This document shows, piece after piece, positions 12,512 to 25,619 of a stretch of 64,000 nucleotides of DNA (its first letter is position 1; every line of letters begins with the position of its first letter). A model generated the notes under the pieces. It saw only the letters and a list, made by a program, of their open reading frames with translations, did no database searches and had not been told where the DNA came from. The position numbers were made by a program, and so were the translations under genes. The stretch is taken from the NCBI GenBank assembly GCA_002633005.1, contig NMRA01000091.1, positions 983,147-1,047,146 on the forward strand, given 5' to 3'. The DNA is from Phoronis australis (taxonomy: Eukaryota; Animalia; Phoronida).

Positions 12512-13847
12512 ATTTAACTCCCAATGTGATACTATGAGACCTACTAGTTTATGGTCCAATGCGTTTGCGCGTGAAACCTACTTCTTTCTGCAATGCTTAT
12601 TACACGTTTTATATTTCGTGCAATCGGTTCCTAACAAATTCTTTGTATTTACAATAGTCTTCAAATGCCCAAAAGACCAAATCCGTTTTTCGTGTTGGCA
12701 ATAGTGACGGGATTGCTTTGGAAATTGTCTTAAGTTAAGGTTTGGCAAAGAGAGAATTTTGAGTTTCTGAGGGATTCATTAAGGCTTCGATTAAAAATCA
12801 CATCTTACCAGCAGCTTTTGCTTTTGATCGTCACTCAGGTTCAATTTTCTTTAAAAAATGAAGTAATTTGTTTTCATTCCACAGTGGAGCAGACGACGGA
12901 AACGGAGTGGTAGCGCGCAGCGCCACTGCCGGTCGCCTGGGAAATCGCGGGAGAGCCTATACTTAGCCATAGATCCGTTAAGATTGCGCCGTGTTCCGAT
13001 ATTGACACTTGAAATTGGATCTGACCCCCTCCCCCCAACTTTAAAACTGCACACATTTAAATCTTGTTTCATCCTTATAGTTTTAATTACTGGGATTAAT
13101 TAATAAACTCAACATTTCCCTACGCCCTTGCTGTTTTAATTTTTTGCGGCGGCCGAGGGGGGCCCTAATTCCGCATATGACTGCACAGATATCGAGCAGT
13201 TCGGAGAACGTATATGGTACTTGAAGACTCAAAATTTTAAAATTCGCTTCCCAGTTGCTTTTTTAACCTACCATTCGATGCCATTGTTCATGATGCATTA
13301 TGTCGGTCTCCGATTAGGCGCCTATCTATTTTCAGCTGGTGGCTCGACCAGCAACATGCATACCGCCACTCGGAGCAGAACCTAGCAGTTCGATTGGTCA
13401 AACATGATGCCTATCATATCGTGTGGGCAATTACATGTACATTTACTACAGACGCTACTAATCTCCTACATATCACATTGTGTTTCATGGCTGAATAATT
13501 GGCGCTTCCAAAGTTTCCAGTGGCGTAGGATAATCGATGCCTCCATTGATTTCGGGTGGATTTTTAATATTGCTCGCGAGACGAGAGAGAGAATAATGTC
13601 ATTAGAGAAACGCAATAGGTAAAGGAGGCACACTACCTACAACGCTGCTATTCCACTACTTCAAAATTTACTGGAATTTACTATCATATGCTCCATTACT
13701 TCCCGATGCCAAAATCCCGAAAAATGCGCATTGATTAAAATAGGAAGTACACCAAGTAAACAGGTGTTCAGTCCACTTTCCGAAAATTTCAGAATTATGG
13801 TCCTCTACCAACCCTCTAGATTCAAGTGTATTGCATACCAATTCCAG

Positions 13848-14108
13848 TGCTGTGTAAAAACGTCCACTCTTCTGAAGACGAATGTGTCCAAGACGCGCAT
13901 TATGGATTGTGTGGATCAAACAACAGATGGATGGTCATGAAATGCATGAAAGCTTGCCACCACTTCCTGTGTCATGATGGACCGGAAGGATGTGACAACA
14001 AATATGGTGACCAATGCACCGCGTGGGCACAATCGGGGCAATGTACTGTGAACCCGTTTTTTATGTTCTATTACTGTGAGAAAGCTTGTTCAGAGTATTT
14101 GTGTTCAG
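13848..14108 (+). CDS. ShK gene exon 3, two ShK domains: LCKNVHSSEDECVQDAHYGLCGSNNRWMVMKCMKACHHFLCHDGPEGCDNKYGDQCTAWAQSGQCTVNPFFMFYYCEKACSEYLCS
   Basis: Acceptor ccaattccag at 13847, donor G|gtgagt at 14109, 261 nt, phase 1-1; lies within ORF 13826..14179. Confidence 0.9.
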
Positions 14109-14643
14109 GTGAGTTTCAACGTTTGACATTTAACTTCTGGTTAAATCTCTCTTGGGCAAGCGAATGTGTTTATTTATAACTTCAAGGTGTTGATCAATTG
14201 ATCATCGCGTATTATAATAACGTCAACGATAGCGTATTGTTTTTTGGGTTGGCGAGTTTATCGAAAACTAGTGTAAGTTGGCGAGGTCCTTGAGGTCTCC
14301 ACGTAACCTATATCTCTATTCATCCACAAACTATGAAACATTTGACTGTACTAGAATTTTATGAGAGAAATTACCTTACGCGATGATAATCAATCTTGGA
14401 AAAAACTCATTCTGTAATTACTCTGCGCGTGTAAGCGCAGAGTACTGTTGTTCCTGGGTTTTCTTAAATNCGATAGCGTATTGTTTTTTGGGTTGGCGAG
14501 TTTATCGAAAACTAGTGTAAGTTGGCGAGGTCCTTGAGGTCTCCACCTAACCTATATCTCTATTCATCCACAAACTATGAAACATTTGACTGTACTAGAA
14601 TTTTATGAGAGAAATTACCTTACGCGAAAAAACTCATTCTGTA

Positions 14644-15966
14644 ATTACTCTGCGCGTGTAAGCGCAGAGTACTGTTGTTCCTGGGATTTCTTAAATTGTA
14701 TTCTTATTCTTATTCTTATTATTATTACTCTGCGCGTGTAAGCGCAGAGTACTGTTGTTCCTGGGTTTTCTTCAATTTTATTCTTATTCTTGTTCTGCTT
14801 CTTATTCTTCTTCCGACCAGCTTTGAGGCTTAGTATCTGCAAATTGGGTGCAGGTACGTTCTTTAACTTCAGCATATGATTTTTGACAGTACATAAATTT
14901 TGATTCCTTATATAATCATATTCCATATTGCACCGGAAGAGGTCGTTTGGTGCAAAGGTCATAAAAAATTCAAAATGCTACTCCTCCTTCAGTTTTAATG
15001 CTATCTTTTTCAAATTCGGTGCATAGGAATAAGTCAATCGGACAATTTAAAAAAAATAGTTTTCTGATTAATCAGGTCATCCAATCAGGTTAAACAGGTC
15101 AAAGGTGATTAGGTGCAAACTCAAATTTTGAGCTAGACACTTCAAATTCACAGGTCTGATTGGCACAAGTAATTCAATTCGGAATCCAAAGTTTCGGGTC
15201 ATTTAGTACTAACTTGGGGTCATTAGGTGCATTTTTCTTCTAAAATTTGACCTTTTCATTAACCAAGTATTCTAATGAGTCAACTGTGATTCTCATCATT
15301 GAACGCATTCTTCATGGTCTTTTCAATAATTCACGTAAAGACTTTTATAATGCACCAGATAGGGTCAATTAGTGCAAAGGTCATGTAACCTTCAAAATGT
15401 TATATCTCTTACGTTTTCCAAGGAATTCTTTTCAATTTGAGCACACTTGGGTACGTCAACATGCCTATTGAATACCCTACTTTACTTCGCAATAGGCTTA
15501 ACCAATCAGAAAAAAGGACAAAGGTCATTGAGTGCAAACTAAAATTTAGAGCTAGAGGCTTCAAAATTACATATCTTTTTACTAAGTGCGATTGAGATTG
15601 AATTCTAAATTTTCAGGTCATTTGGTGCACCCATGGGGTCATTAGGTGCATTTTTCTTCTGAAAGTTTGACCACTTCATTCATCTTGTATTCTAAAGTGC
15701 ATAAAGTGAAACATCTGTGATTATTAGCATTAACTACACTTTTAATCGAGTTAACAATTATTCCCTCATCGGGGCTCATAATGCACCGGAAGAGGTCAGT
15801 TAGTGGAAAGGTCATCAAAAATTACTATGTAATTTCTCCTACAATTTTAAAGAATTCCTTTTCATATTGGTAAACGGGTTGCTGTCAGTAACTTCCCATA
15901 ATAATTCCAGTAATACGCACGCGCAGAGTCCGTTATTGTCACCCCGTGACAATTATCATTCTAGTT
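14644..15966 (+). mobile_element. HINE-like element, copy 3, inserted at a T-rich site inside a LINE fragment
   Basis: Same terminal structure as copies 1 and 2; the flanks rejoin as LINE coding sequence (WKKTHSV | YQCISDVRLRWFQFRI). Confidence 0.72.
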
Positions 15967-16430
15967 TACCAATGTATTTCCGATGTTAGACTCAGATGGT
16001 TTCAATTCCGTATCAACCACAGGCTTATTGGTACAAACTCTTATTTTAAGAAAATAGGTGTTAATGGATCGTCTTTATGTTCTTTCTGTGAGCAACATGA
16101 AGAAACAATTCTACATTTGTATTGGAAATGTTCACATATTCAGAAGTTTTGGGGCTGTTTAAAAACTGGATGATAAATCAGTGCAATTTTCCTCTGCATT
16201 TAAATATGTCTTCCGCCTTGTTTGGAAACCCAGCCTGTAGATTAGAAAATTTAAATTTAATTCTTTTCTTAGCGAAAATTCATTCATATAGACAAAGACT
16301 ACAAAAGGCTAATCCCAATTTCCAGTCTTGTTTATCTGAGTTATGTGAGTACTAACTTGGAAAACATTATTTACAATGATAAATTGGATTTTGAGAGATT
16401 CCAGGAAACGTGGTCTTCTTTTTTGCATAA
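15967..16430 (+). mobile_element. 3' fragment of a second Tx1/L1-like LINE (zf-RVT region)
   Basis: LRWFQFRINHRLIGTNSYFKKIG...CSFCEQHEETILHLYWKCSHIQKFW, then a frameshifted LNLILFLAKIHSYR. Confidence 0.82.
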
Positions 16431-17413
16431 CTAGCTTTTATAGGGTCCCATAATGTAATTTGTTTGATGTACAGCACACATCACGCATTTTTATGCGACC
16501 GGTCGGCTACAAATTAGCCGACCGGCAGCCGGCCGCAGTGCCGACTCATAAGGCGACCCACCAGAGGACTCTACAGCCGACCTTAAATGCCGACAGGCCA
16601 TCAGCCGACCCTCTAGTCGGCTGCTATTTTTAGGCTAGAGTAACAGTTGTGTTAAAGGGTGTCAGGCTGATACCGCTTTGCGTGCAGATGTATATTCGTC
16701 TCGGCACATGCAGGGTCAAATAAATTAACCTAGCTATATGATGTTTCCATTACATAAGTTCACATCGGTTGTGCTCATTGACACCACTAATTCGAAGGTT
16801 GGAGGCAAGCGGTCATATTGTACATTGGATTATGAACAATGCAACACGTTTTGGATAACAAAACGTTAAAGTTTTCTTTACATTTGATCTTTTGGCTCAA
16901 GAAGTTAATAAGTTGCTTTAGATTAGCTGCTTCCCAGTCAATACAACGTCGTTGTCATTTTGTAAACGCAGCTACTTTTTACAGTCTTCGCCAACACTTG
17001 TTTTTGTTTGTGTTACGCCGAACTGCATCTTTTTGCGCTTTCAAAATTCCTCACGCGATATGATTATGTGTGCTAAGCGCATTTTGTGAACAGGAAATAT
17101 TATTGATGCATCTCCAAAAGTGTTATTTTCAGTGTCAGCAAAAAGTGTCACAGGAGATCATGGGATGAAGTTAAATGGTTACAGGGAGTCGTATTAACTG
17201 CTAGTGTTTAGCGACAAGAACGGTTGATTGCAAATTGTTGTGGCAAGATGTATAACCTAGTCTGGCCGAATTCTGTAGATTCCTGGCTTGTTTGATTAAT
17301 TTATTGAAGCTACTTTACAGAAAATGTGGCGTTCGCAGAATAAACCTTCAGGCAGTCATGTATTTTGATCAAACACATCTAAATAAACCGTCTGTGCAAC
17401 CTTCTTCTTACAG

Positions 17414-17554
17414 AAACGGCTCCATATGATCCATGTGTTAATAAACTATCAGACAAAGAATGTAACGAGGAAATGGTTGCAACTTGTGGAAGTAAAATTT
17501 CGACCAATGCTCAATGTTACCGAACTTGCAGCGGATGTGGTAGAGATGAAATAG
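17414..17554 (+). CDS. ShK gene exon 4: ETAPYDPCVNKLSDKECNEEMVATCGSKISTNAQCYRTCSGCGRDEI
   Basis: Acceptor cttcttcttacag at 17413, donor G|gtacta at 17555, 141 nt, phase 1-1, six Cys. Confidence 0.85.
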   Translation, partial: KRLHMIHVLINYQTKNVTRKWLQLVEVKFRPMLNVTELAADVVEMK

Positions 17555-17870
17555 GTACTATAACTAGAGACATTGTAACCCCACTGGTACTAAGGCACTC
17601 TAAAAGTTTTCAGTTCTTTCGGACCTTCGACAAATCCTAGATTATTATGTAGGGGTGGATGATCGGTTGCAATTGCGGCCAACACTTTGCTAATCGTAAG
17701 TGTAACTTTCAATTTATTCCCTCCAGCAAATTACATACAAGCGTATTAGCCTCTGATTAAGTACAATGCCTCCAATCGGAACGAAGACTTTTGAAACTCC
17801 TGTGTTAATCAGACGAATTATTATTACAACTGAATTGAAATTCCATGAGGTGAAATTCTGAACTTTGTAG

Positions 17871-18017
17871 CGGACAAGACACATGATGATTGCATCAACC
17901 TAGATGCCGATGACATATGCTGGGACCTGGCAGTGAAGGGTCGGTGTGAGCTTTCAGTAGAAGCAAAGAGGCGTTGTCGACGATCCTGTACTGGATGTGG
18001 TGGTGATCAGGATACAG
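17871..18017 (+). CDS. ShK gene exon 5: ADKTHDDCINLDADDICWDLAVKGRCELSVEAKRRCRRSCTGCGGDQDT
   Basis: Acceptor aactttgtag at 17870, donor G|gtaaca at 18018, 147 nt, phase 1-1, six Cys; resembles exon 4. Confidence 0.87.
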
Positions 18018-18390
18018 GTAACAACAGACTATTGGATTTGTATGTTTTGTGACCAGCACAATTAACTTGGGAAAGTAGACCTTTTGTTGGGAGTGTCGTT
18101 CACCATAATGCAGTTTAAATATGTGCATTGCAATTCAAGTATAAAGCAAAGTACAAAGGAAGATAATAATGACCGCCCATATTAGAACAACGCCCCTCTT
18201 CATTTGCGCATAAGTGTAAGTTTGATGTTGTTAATGACGATGGTAAGATAATGATGGCTATGTTAGTGGAGGTGATGATGGCCATGGTGAAAGCGATGGG
18301 TACATCTGCCTTTGGTGACGACGTAGCTGCTGTTGCAGATGCTGACGTCAGTGGCTATGTTGTTGACGTAGTTGATTTTTTGTGATATGA

Positions 18391-18885
18391 TGGTGACCCT
18401 GATATAACCATCGTGGTGACAACGATGGTCCCGGTAATGATGGTGACACTGATATGGCCATCGTGGTGACAGCGATGGCCCTGGTTATGATGTTGACTCT
18501 GACATGGCTATCGTGGTGACAGCGATGGTCCTGATTATGATGGTGACACTGATATGGCCATCGAGGTGACAGCGACGGTCCTGGTTACGACGGTGACCAT
18601 GATATGGCCATCGTGGTGGCAGCGATGGTCCTGATTATGATGGTGACACTGATATGGCCATCGAGGTGACAGCGACGGTCCTGGTTATGACGGTGACCAT
18701 GATATGGTCGTCGTGGTGACAGCGATTGTCCTGGTTATGATGTAGACTCTGACATGGCTATCGTTGTGACAGCCATGGTCCTGGTTATCTTGGTTACCCT
18801 GATAGGGTCATAGTGGTGACAGTAATGGTCCTGGTTATGATGGTGACACTGATACGACCATAGTGAAGACAGCGATGGTCCTGGT
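18391..18885. repeat. Minisatellite, 50-bp unit x about 10, within GAT/GGT-rich low-complexity DNA (18220-19126)
   Basis: Unit TGGTGACACTGATATGGCCATCGTGGTGACAGCGATGGTCCTGGTTATGA recurs at about 50-bp spacing (18441, 18491, 18541 and on). Confidence 0.9.
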
Positions 18886-21586
18886 GAAAATGAAAAATCC
18901 GGCGGACATGATGTTGATGATGACGATGGAAGTGGTAGCATTGTGGATACTGTGGCAGTGACCATGGTTATCATGTTACTGATTATGGTGGTAGATGTAG
19001 TGGTGATGATGGCGTCTAAAGTAGTGGTGTTACTATTGATGGCGATGGTTAGGGTGATGGTGGTGATAGATACGGTGGCAACTAAAGTAGTGTTGTTAGT
19101 GTTGATGGTGATGATGATGGTGGTGGNNNNNNNNNNNNNNNNNNNNNNNNNNNNNNNNNNNNNNNNNNNNNNNNNNNNNNNNNNNNNNNNNACAACAGCA
19201 ACACAGAGCGTTGAAATGCACCCAACTGGGTGTTTATTAGCATTGAAAATGGCGCAAAATATGTCGAATGCCAGTGGAGAAAACCATGAAATCTGACCTT
19301 CCCCCGTGGAAAGGCATGCTTAGAACAGCATGTCGAGCATGTTTAAGCATTTTATCTTAAATTACCTCGATGCTTGTCAACTGAAAAAAAAAACTCTTAA
19401 CAATCACATAAACATATTTATTTTCCCATGTTCATCTAAAATACTTCGAAACTGTCGAATACTTCATCGATTACTATTTTTGCTTCCCAATATGGTTTCA
19501 TGATACATCAGTCTTCTGAATGGGCTATCATTGAACTTGTAGGCCTTTGTTGAAATTTGCAATATTTCGACTATAGCGAGCGATATCATCCAATAACATC
19601 ATTCATTTAGCTAAGGCATGAACCATAAATGATACCTTTCTATTCTACAATGTTACCACGGTGTTGAAAAGAACAACTACAGAGGTTATATCCAGTTATT
19701 ACCATACTAGTGGACGTTCTAAACACATTCTACTCCAGACTAATCTGCATTACAGCAATCGGAGGTGTTCCATAGGGTTTATATGGGATGACTTCTAGTG
19801 TTTTCATCCATGTTTGTTCGACCCAAGCATGAGATGCTGTGTACGCCACTTGTTCCGGTGTTTTCAAATCAAACTTGTTGCCTCGCAACCTCTGCAGTGT
19901 CTCTGGCTTTCATCAAGGACATTGTGTCACTCAATATTCACAAACCTAAAATATGAATGCCATTTCACTTTCCACAAAAAGGCATTTGCGATAGCATTAT
20001 TAGAATCTCAGTTACGTTTTAAGTCGAACTTTTGCTCTTCTGCTCATGTATGAACAGACAGTTAAACTTGTGTTCAATAGTTTGACTGCAGACTGAGAAC
20101 TGCGTAGGACTGAAGGTGATGGCAGTTAAAACACCTACCAGTAGTTAAATATACAATATGCTAATTTTGTTTTGTGCCCAATAGTTACCATGCATTTAAC
20201 CAAAAAAAACATTTGTTGTTCCTATCGTGAATCAAACAGTCAGAGAGCGATGTGAAAATTGACACAAACTTAAGTTTTACAGTCTCAATTAAGTGATTAT
20301 GTTGAAGGACTGGTTACATGTAACTTGACAATGTTTTGGAAACTAGTTGATTCTGGATTCAACTCCAGTTAACTCATTTGAAATCTGTGCTGTACTTTTC
20401 CCTAACCATTGTAACCTCCAATTTGGCTGAATCAGTAAGAAAACCAACTTACTTTTGTTTGCAAGACCAAAACTACTGATTCATGAATGAAGTCTAAGTA
20501 ATTTACTTAACAACCACATCAATATAAATACAAGTTTAAATTCAAAACTCACATCCTTACAGTTCTTCAGTTATCCATGTGGAGTCTAGGCTGTACCAAA
20601 ACCGTTTGAATTTGGTTCGAATGAAAGCTTATACTGTAGGTCACTTCCTAGGCATGTAACCTTGACAACCACATGCTTTCCTTGATAACAGTCTTCCAGA
20701 TCAACATGTGGCTGGGCTAGCATAATTTAAATAAACAATCAACAGACCTAGATGCAATAAACATTAATGTATTCCAAGAGGCCTTCCTTGAAAACTGGCC
20801 TAACAGTCTAAAATGTATCTGGGCTAGTATGATTAAAGTGAACAATAACCCTAGAAGCATAAAACAATAATATAAGGACACTAGTGAAATTAAATATCTT
20901 ATTTTTTCATAAATAATGTGGCAGTACCACAAGAATCCCGAGTCATGTCCAAGTCCGTACCATATCTGCTGACAGACAATATTTTGAAAAATTTTGAGTC
21001 TTCACAGCAACGATAAATGTCCTTGAAAAATCAAAATGAGTAATTTTTGGCAATTATTTTTGTCCGAAATAGACAAAATTTTACTGTAGCTACAGACTGG
21101 CAGCTACCACCTGATTATGACATAATTTCAAATGTTGGAAATGCTAATACTTGCACATTTGGTAAAACTGGATCATATATTTGTGTATGGTTTGTATTGA
21201 TATTTATTGTGCTTGTTTACACAACATGCAGGTAACACTGCCTTTGTTGTTTTTAAACAATTGCATTTAATATTTTGCTGTACTGACTTTGAAAGCAGTA
21301 TGAAAGGAAACTGAGCACTTGTTAAGTGTAGTGACTGAATAAAAAACAAAGAACATAACAGATGCAGTTATTTTCTCTAGTGTTTTAGGTCGCATTTGGT
21401 CATCTTTGAGCATTTGCTGTTTTAACAATGTAACTTACCCAACAATAGGTCACATTTAGGTAAGTAATCTAAAATAAGTAACTGCCCTGCTTAGGTTCTG
21501 GGATTTGAGATTTCTTTGAAATTTAGAGAATAAAAAACAATTTTACAATTTCTAACATTGTCACAATATTAATGCTAACACTTTAA

Positions 21587-24500
21587 GAGTGACTCCATAT
21601 AAAAACCAACAGGTAGAGTCTATACCCAAAATCACCGATTTTTTTAAACTTAGCACATGAGTTTGGTTTGTTGAGATGTAGAAAAACCTAACTTTTTAAG
21701 AATTTACATTCATTATTTTTCTTTTTATGACTTGTACCTCCATTTTGCACCAAAATTGGGCGTCGAAATAGGCATGTTTGAATGCATTTTACTAGCATGT
21801 GTGGTAAGGTCAAAACAAATGAATAATGCGAATGGAAAGGCCAATGGCTGAATAATTTAATGGCATAACTTTCAAAATCCATTTTTAAATTTGTACGTTT
21901 TGAATTTGTGAGGCAAAAACGGCTATTTTTCAGGTTTTCACTGAGGCCATTTTCGGCCAAATTTGTCATTCTGTAGCAGCCGTAACGCACCTTTCCTGAA
22001 AATGACTTTATAATAATTTGTTCAGTCATTCTTAACCTGTTCATAATCTAAAATAAAAAATCTTGCCTCTGATGTAGTTTTTGCGTACGAAGCATTACAC
22101 GAACTGCACTGCGTCCTTTTGCATGTTCTCAGTTGCCTCTGCTGCCAATAGGGGGCTCTTGGAACATATAATTAGCTTGCGAAACACGACATAAAAACCT
22201 TGTATTTTGGAGAAAAGGCAGACAGCATTATTAAGTGCAATTCTCTGAAAACGGCATTGAGGATTATTGCTTATTACAAAATAAATGTACGTAAATCAAC
22301 TGGCAAGCGTGCTTATAAATGATATATGGCGCTGCTTTTGTTTACGTGGAGACTGAAGAGCATCTAGAATAAGAGCAGTAACACGAGGACCTTGCTATAT
22401 TTCATGACTTCGCGAGATATTGCCCTGCATTTTAAATGAGAATATGTGGTTTTGGATAGGTTTTAGAGAGGTTCTAGTGTTACTGAACTCACCCCTGCCT
22501 TGTTTTCTATCTGCCTTGTTCGTGCCACAGGCAAAGGAAAGCACCCAAGGTGGATATGGCCCCCTAGTGTTCAATGCAAAAAATCCTTCAACTTGTCAAT
22601 AGTCATTGTAACTTTGGGTTCATATCGAAATGTCCCTGCTGGTTGCTACAAATTTTAGTCGCCACCAGTCGCCAAAAATCTGATGTTCCCCCTCCCACAC
22701 ATCGAGCACCTTAACGCTGAATATTTCTGCCAGTGTGATCATCAGTGGTATAAAAAGGTACACATTCACATTCTCAGTCAATAGAAAATAATTCACGAGA
22801 GACAATTTTATTAATGACTCATTTATGACAGACATGAAGTAAACAGATGTAACGGTCTTGACTTCATATATCACACATCGTGGTATGCTACAAAACTAGG
22901 CTAAACGTTGAGCTCATTTACCACTTCACTCAATAAATCTGACGACATAACAGCATCTTCAGCAGAAATAGCATCGTAATAAACATTGCTGCAGACAACC
23001 TCGAAAAAATCCACCAATCTGCGATTCACTTAACATCACAGGTAAACAGTTTCCCAGTGGGTTCTCGTAAAGTTTTCTCCATTTTGGCACTTCCGAGGGT
23101 TAACGTTTTTACCTGAATTATCTTCTTCATCGAATATGTTTGTCAGAAAGTTCTTAACCTTTGCTGAAAATCTTGTTGACATTTTATCTTTTTTCAATGC
23201 CTAACCTATTGCTTCAGCATTCGTCTCATCCACACTGTACTCTGAGGCTGCCTCAAATGACGCTCCGGTTCTTGCATCTGAGAGCATTTCTGACCACTTT
23301 CGTGCGATATGGTCATACGTGGTTTCCCTCAGTAAATGTTCAGTGTGGTTACCCACATCCAAATGCTGACCTAGTTCTGCGTCTGTAGCAAAAATTTCGA
23401 GTAACCTTGCTGGGTACAAGGGAACTTTTGGTGAGGCTCTTCACTAGATCCAATGCCAACCTTAACTCCTGGTGTTGAAAATCCGCCATGTCTAGAGATA
23501 TTAGTGTATTTTAGAGAAATAGGTTTCCCATTTTCTCAGTATTTGTAAGAACTTACCGTCACCTACATGAAATGATCTCCACACGCGAATTCCTTGGGTG
23601 GAATAGTGGGAATTTGGGAATGTGCTTATACCAGGAACTGAGTACTTTGGAAAAGACTTTGTTGCATCAACTGAACATGCATACACATAACATCCCTTCA
23701 CACGGCCACTGGAAAGTAGTGCTTCTTTCAAATCCAGAAAGTTTATGATATTATTACTTTCGGCTACAAAGTACTTTGCATGTTGTTTGAGTGGAGCGAT
23801 CTTGCGATCACAGAGATCCTTTCCATTCTGACTTTCACTTAAGTCATATCTCTAAACAGAAATGCCGGTAGAATTTGACAAGGCTGCTACGTTCAGGAGG
23901 AGAGGAGCAGAGTGGTAACATCCAGCATTACCTGACTCTTCCATGACTGGTCCTGTTCAGTCAGAAATTCACCGACTCTGGGTAGTACGAGTCCGTACTC
24001 TGGCACAGGTCTTGCTTTGTGAGGTACTTTCCTGTATCTCAAATGTTCAGTGGTGTCTTTGACATAACTCACTAAAGCACAAAGCTTTTGTGATCGGATT
24101 TTATGCAGAATAAACTCTAAAGGAACATGAAGACCCATCGTCCGCCATTTTGTCTTTTTAAAATGCACTTGCTTCTCTCAAAACCAGTCATTACAAATGT
24201 CAATTCTTACTCCCTTAATCTTAAAGGCATTTATTTCCATTTAAAAGTTCTACAGTGTGTTTAAATTAACCTCATAATATAAAAGAAATGAAAGAATACA
24301 AGAGGGTTACACGTACATTTTTATATATCCTCATGCTTAACCTCAACTGAATCCCTCAGTGGGCAAAGGTCATCGGGTTCAGTTTTGATACTAGCCGCGT
24401 AATAAACCCGAAAACATCTTGTTTTCATTTGAAAGAGTTTAGGCTTGGTTTCTATAACTATTTAAAGCAGACTTCTTGCCTAAAAGTTTGTTCAAATGGC

Positions 24501-25073
24501 CGGTCTGTAAACTCTGCTCGTCATTTCCAAACTAAGAAAATAGACAGTTTTGCAAGACAATTTTCACTTAAGTGCAAAGTTGAGGCAAGATTTTTTATTG
24601 CTTAGTCATCAAGACTAACTCTTTAACTTTATGTTCAAAACGTCACATAAGTCTACAAGGTGTTTTATGGCAGTAAGAAGGTCACAAAAATGGCCACAAA
24701 ATTAGCCCCAAAACGTGGTCTGTGGATTATCTCCCCTGTCTAGCACAAAACTGTTAGATTTTAATAAATGACACAGAATTATGCACAGCATACGTTGGTT
24801 ATTTCAGCCACAAAAATATAGCTTTTGGTCTATTTTGTATGTTACTCATTTTTGTTGCTGAAAACATGCGATTTTTGAGACGGCTAATATGCCCAATTGC
24901 GCCAATTTGTATTATCATGCTCCAGCGGCGAAATTAGGGGTCATTGAGTGCACAAAATTTGGCATTTGGGTTTTTGTTAGGATACCTACCCATGTACAAA
25001 AAATGAAGTTGTTTTAAATTTTGACGTATAGACTGATTTTTGAAAATCTACTGGTTATTATATGGACTGCCTC
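21587..25073 (-). mobile_element. 3.5-kb DNA transposon with TTAA TSD, GAG...CTC termini and a decayed transposase (Sola3-like; Kolobok not excluded)
   Basis: TTAA at 21583-21586 and 25074-25077; imperfect TIR GAGTGACTCCATATAAAAACCA / GAGGCAGTCCATATAATAACCA. Minus-strand remnants NAGCYH...YDLSESQNGKDLCDRKIAPLKQH...LKEALLSSG...GIRVWRSFHVGDGK at about 23500-23930. Confidence 0.7.
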
Positions 25074-25129
25074 TTAAACATTGAAGTTTACTGCAAATTT
25101 TGTGCAAGCAATTTTTCACCTATTCTTGA

Positions 25130-25619
25130 GAACACTTTTCACCAAAAAAAATTCCTGCAACTTTCCTGCAAACACTTTTTCACCAATGAATAAAGTTTCC
25201 TGCAACTTTCCCGCAAACACTTTTTCACTAATAAAGTTTCCTGCAACTTTTCCCCAAACAATTTTTCACCAATAAAGTTTCCTGCAACTTTCCCGAAAAC
25301 ACTTTTTAACCAATAAAGTTTCATTCAACTTTCCCGCAGTTTTTCACCAATGTTTCCTGCAACTTTACCTCTAACACTTTTTTATCAGTAAAGTTTCCTG
25401 CAACTTTCCTGCAAAAATTTTTCAATCACCAAGTTTGCCGCAACATTCCTGCAAACTTCAGTGTTTGCAGCAAGGTTGCCGCAATGTGTGCGGCTGAGTT
25501 GCGGGTAGTGGCAAACTCCTGCAAACTTTGCAGCTGGTTTGCTGCAAACAAAATTGTTTGCCGCAAGCTTGCGACATGTTTGCTGCAAGCTTGCGGCAAA
25601 CATGGTCTTTTGGTATGGG
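25130..25619. repeat. About 41-bp tandem repeats followed by a GCAA/TTGC-rich palindromic stretch ending in GGG; likely the right terminus of a larger non-autonomous DNA transposon
   Basis: AATAAAGTTTCCTGCAACTTTCCC recurs at 25230, 25271 and 25312. GAT/GGT-rich sequence like 18220-19126 resumes right after 25619; the other end would lie in the gap at 19127-19191. Confidence 0.6.

Noticed and set aside
16495-16630. GCCGAC-rich stretch with small hairpins
   Set aside because: Probably a transposon terminus, but no matching end or TSD could be established.
18735-19296. Val/Met-rich and His/Thr-rich ORFs, also 25426-25710 and 1375-1697
   Set aside because: Translations of low-complexity or microsatellite DNA and N gaps.
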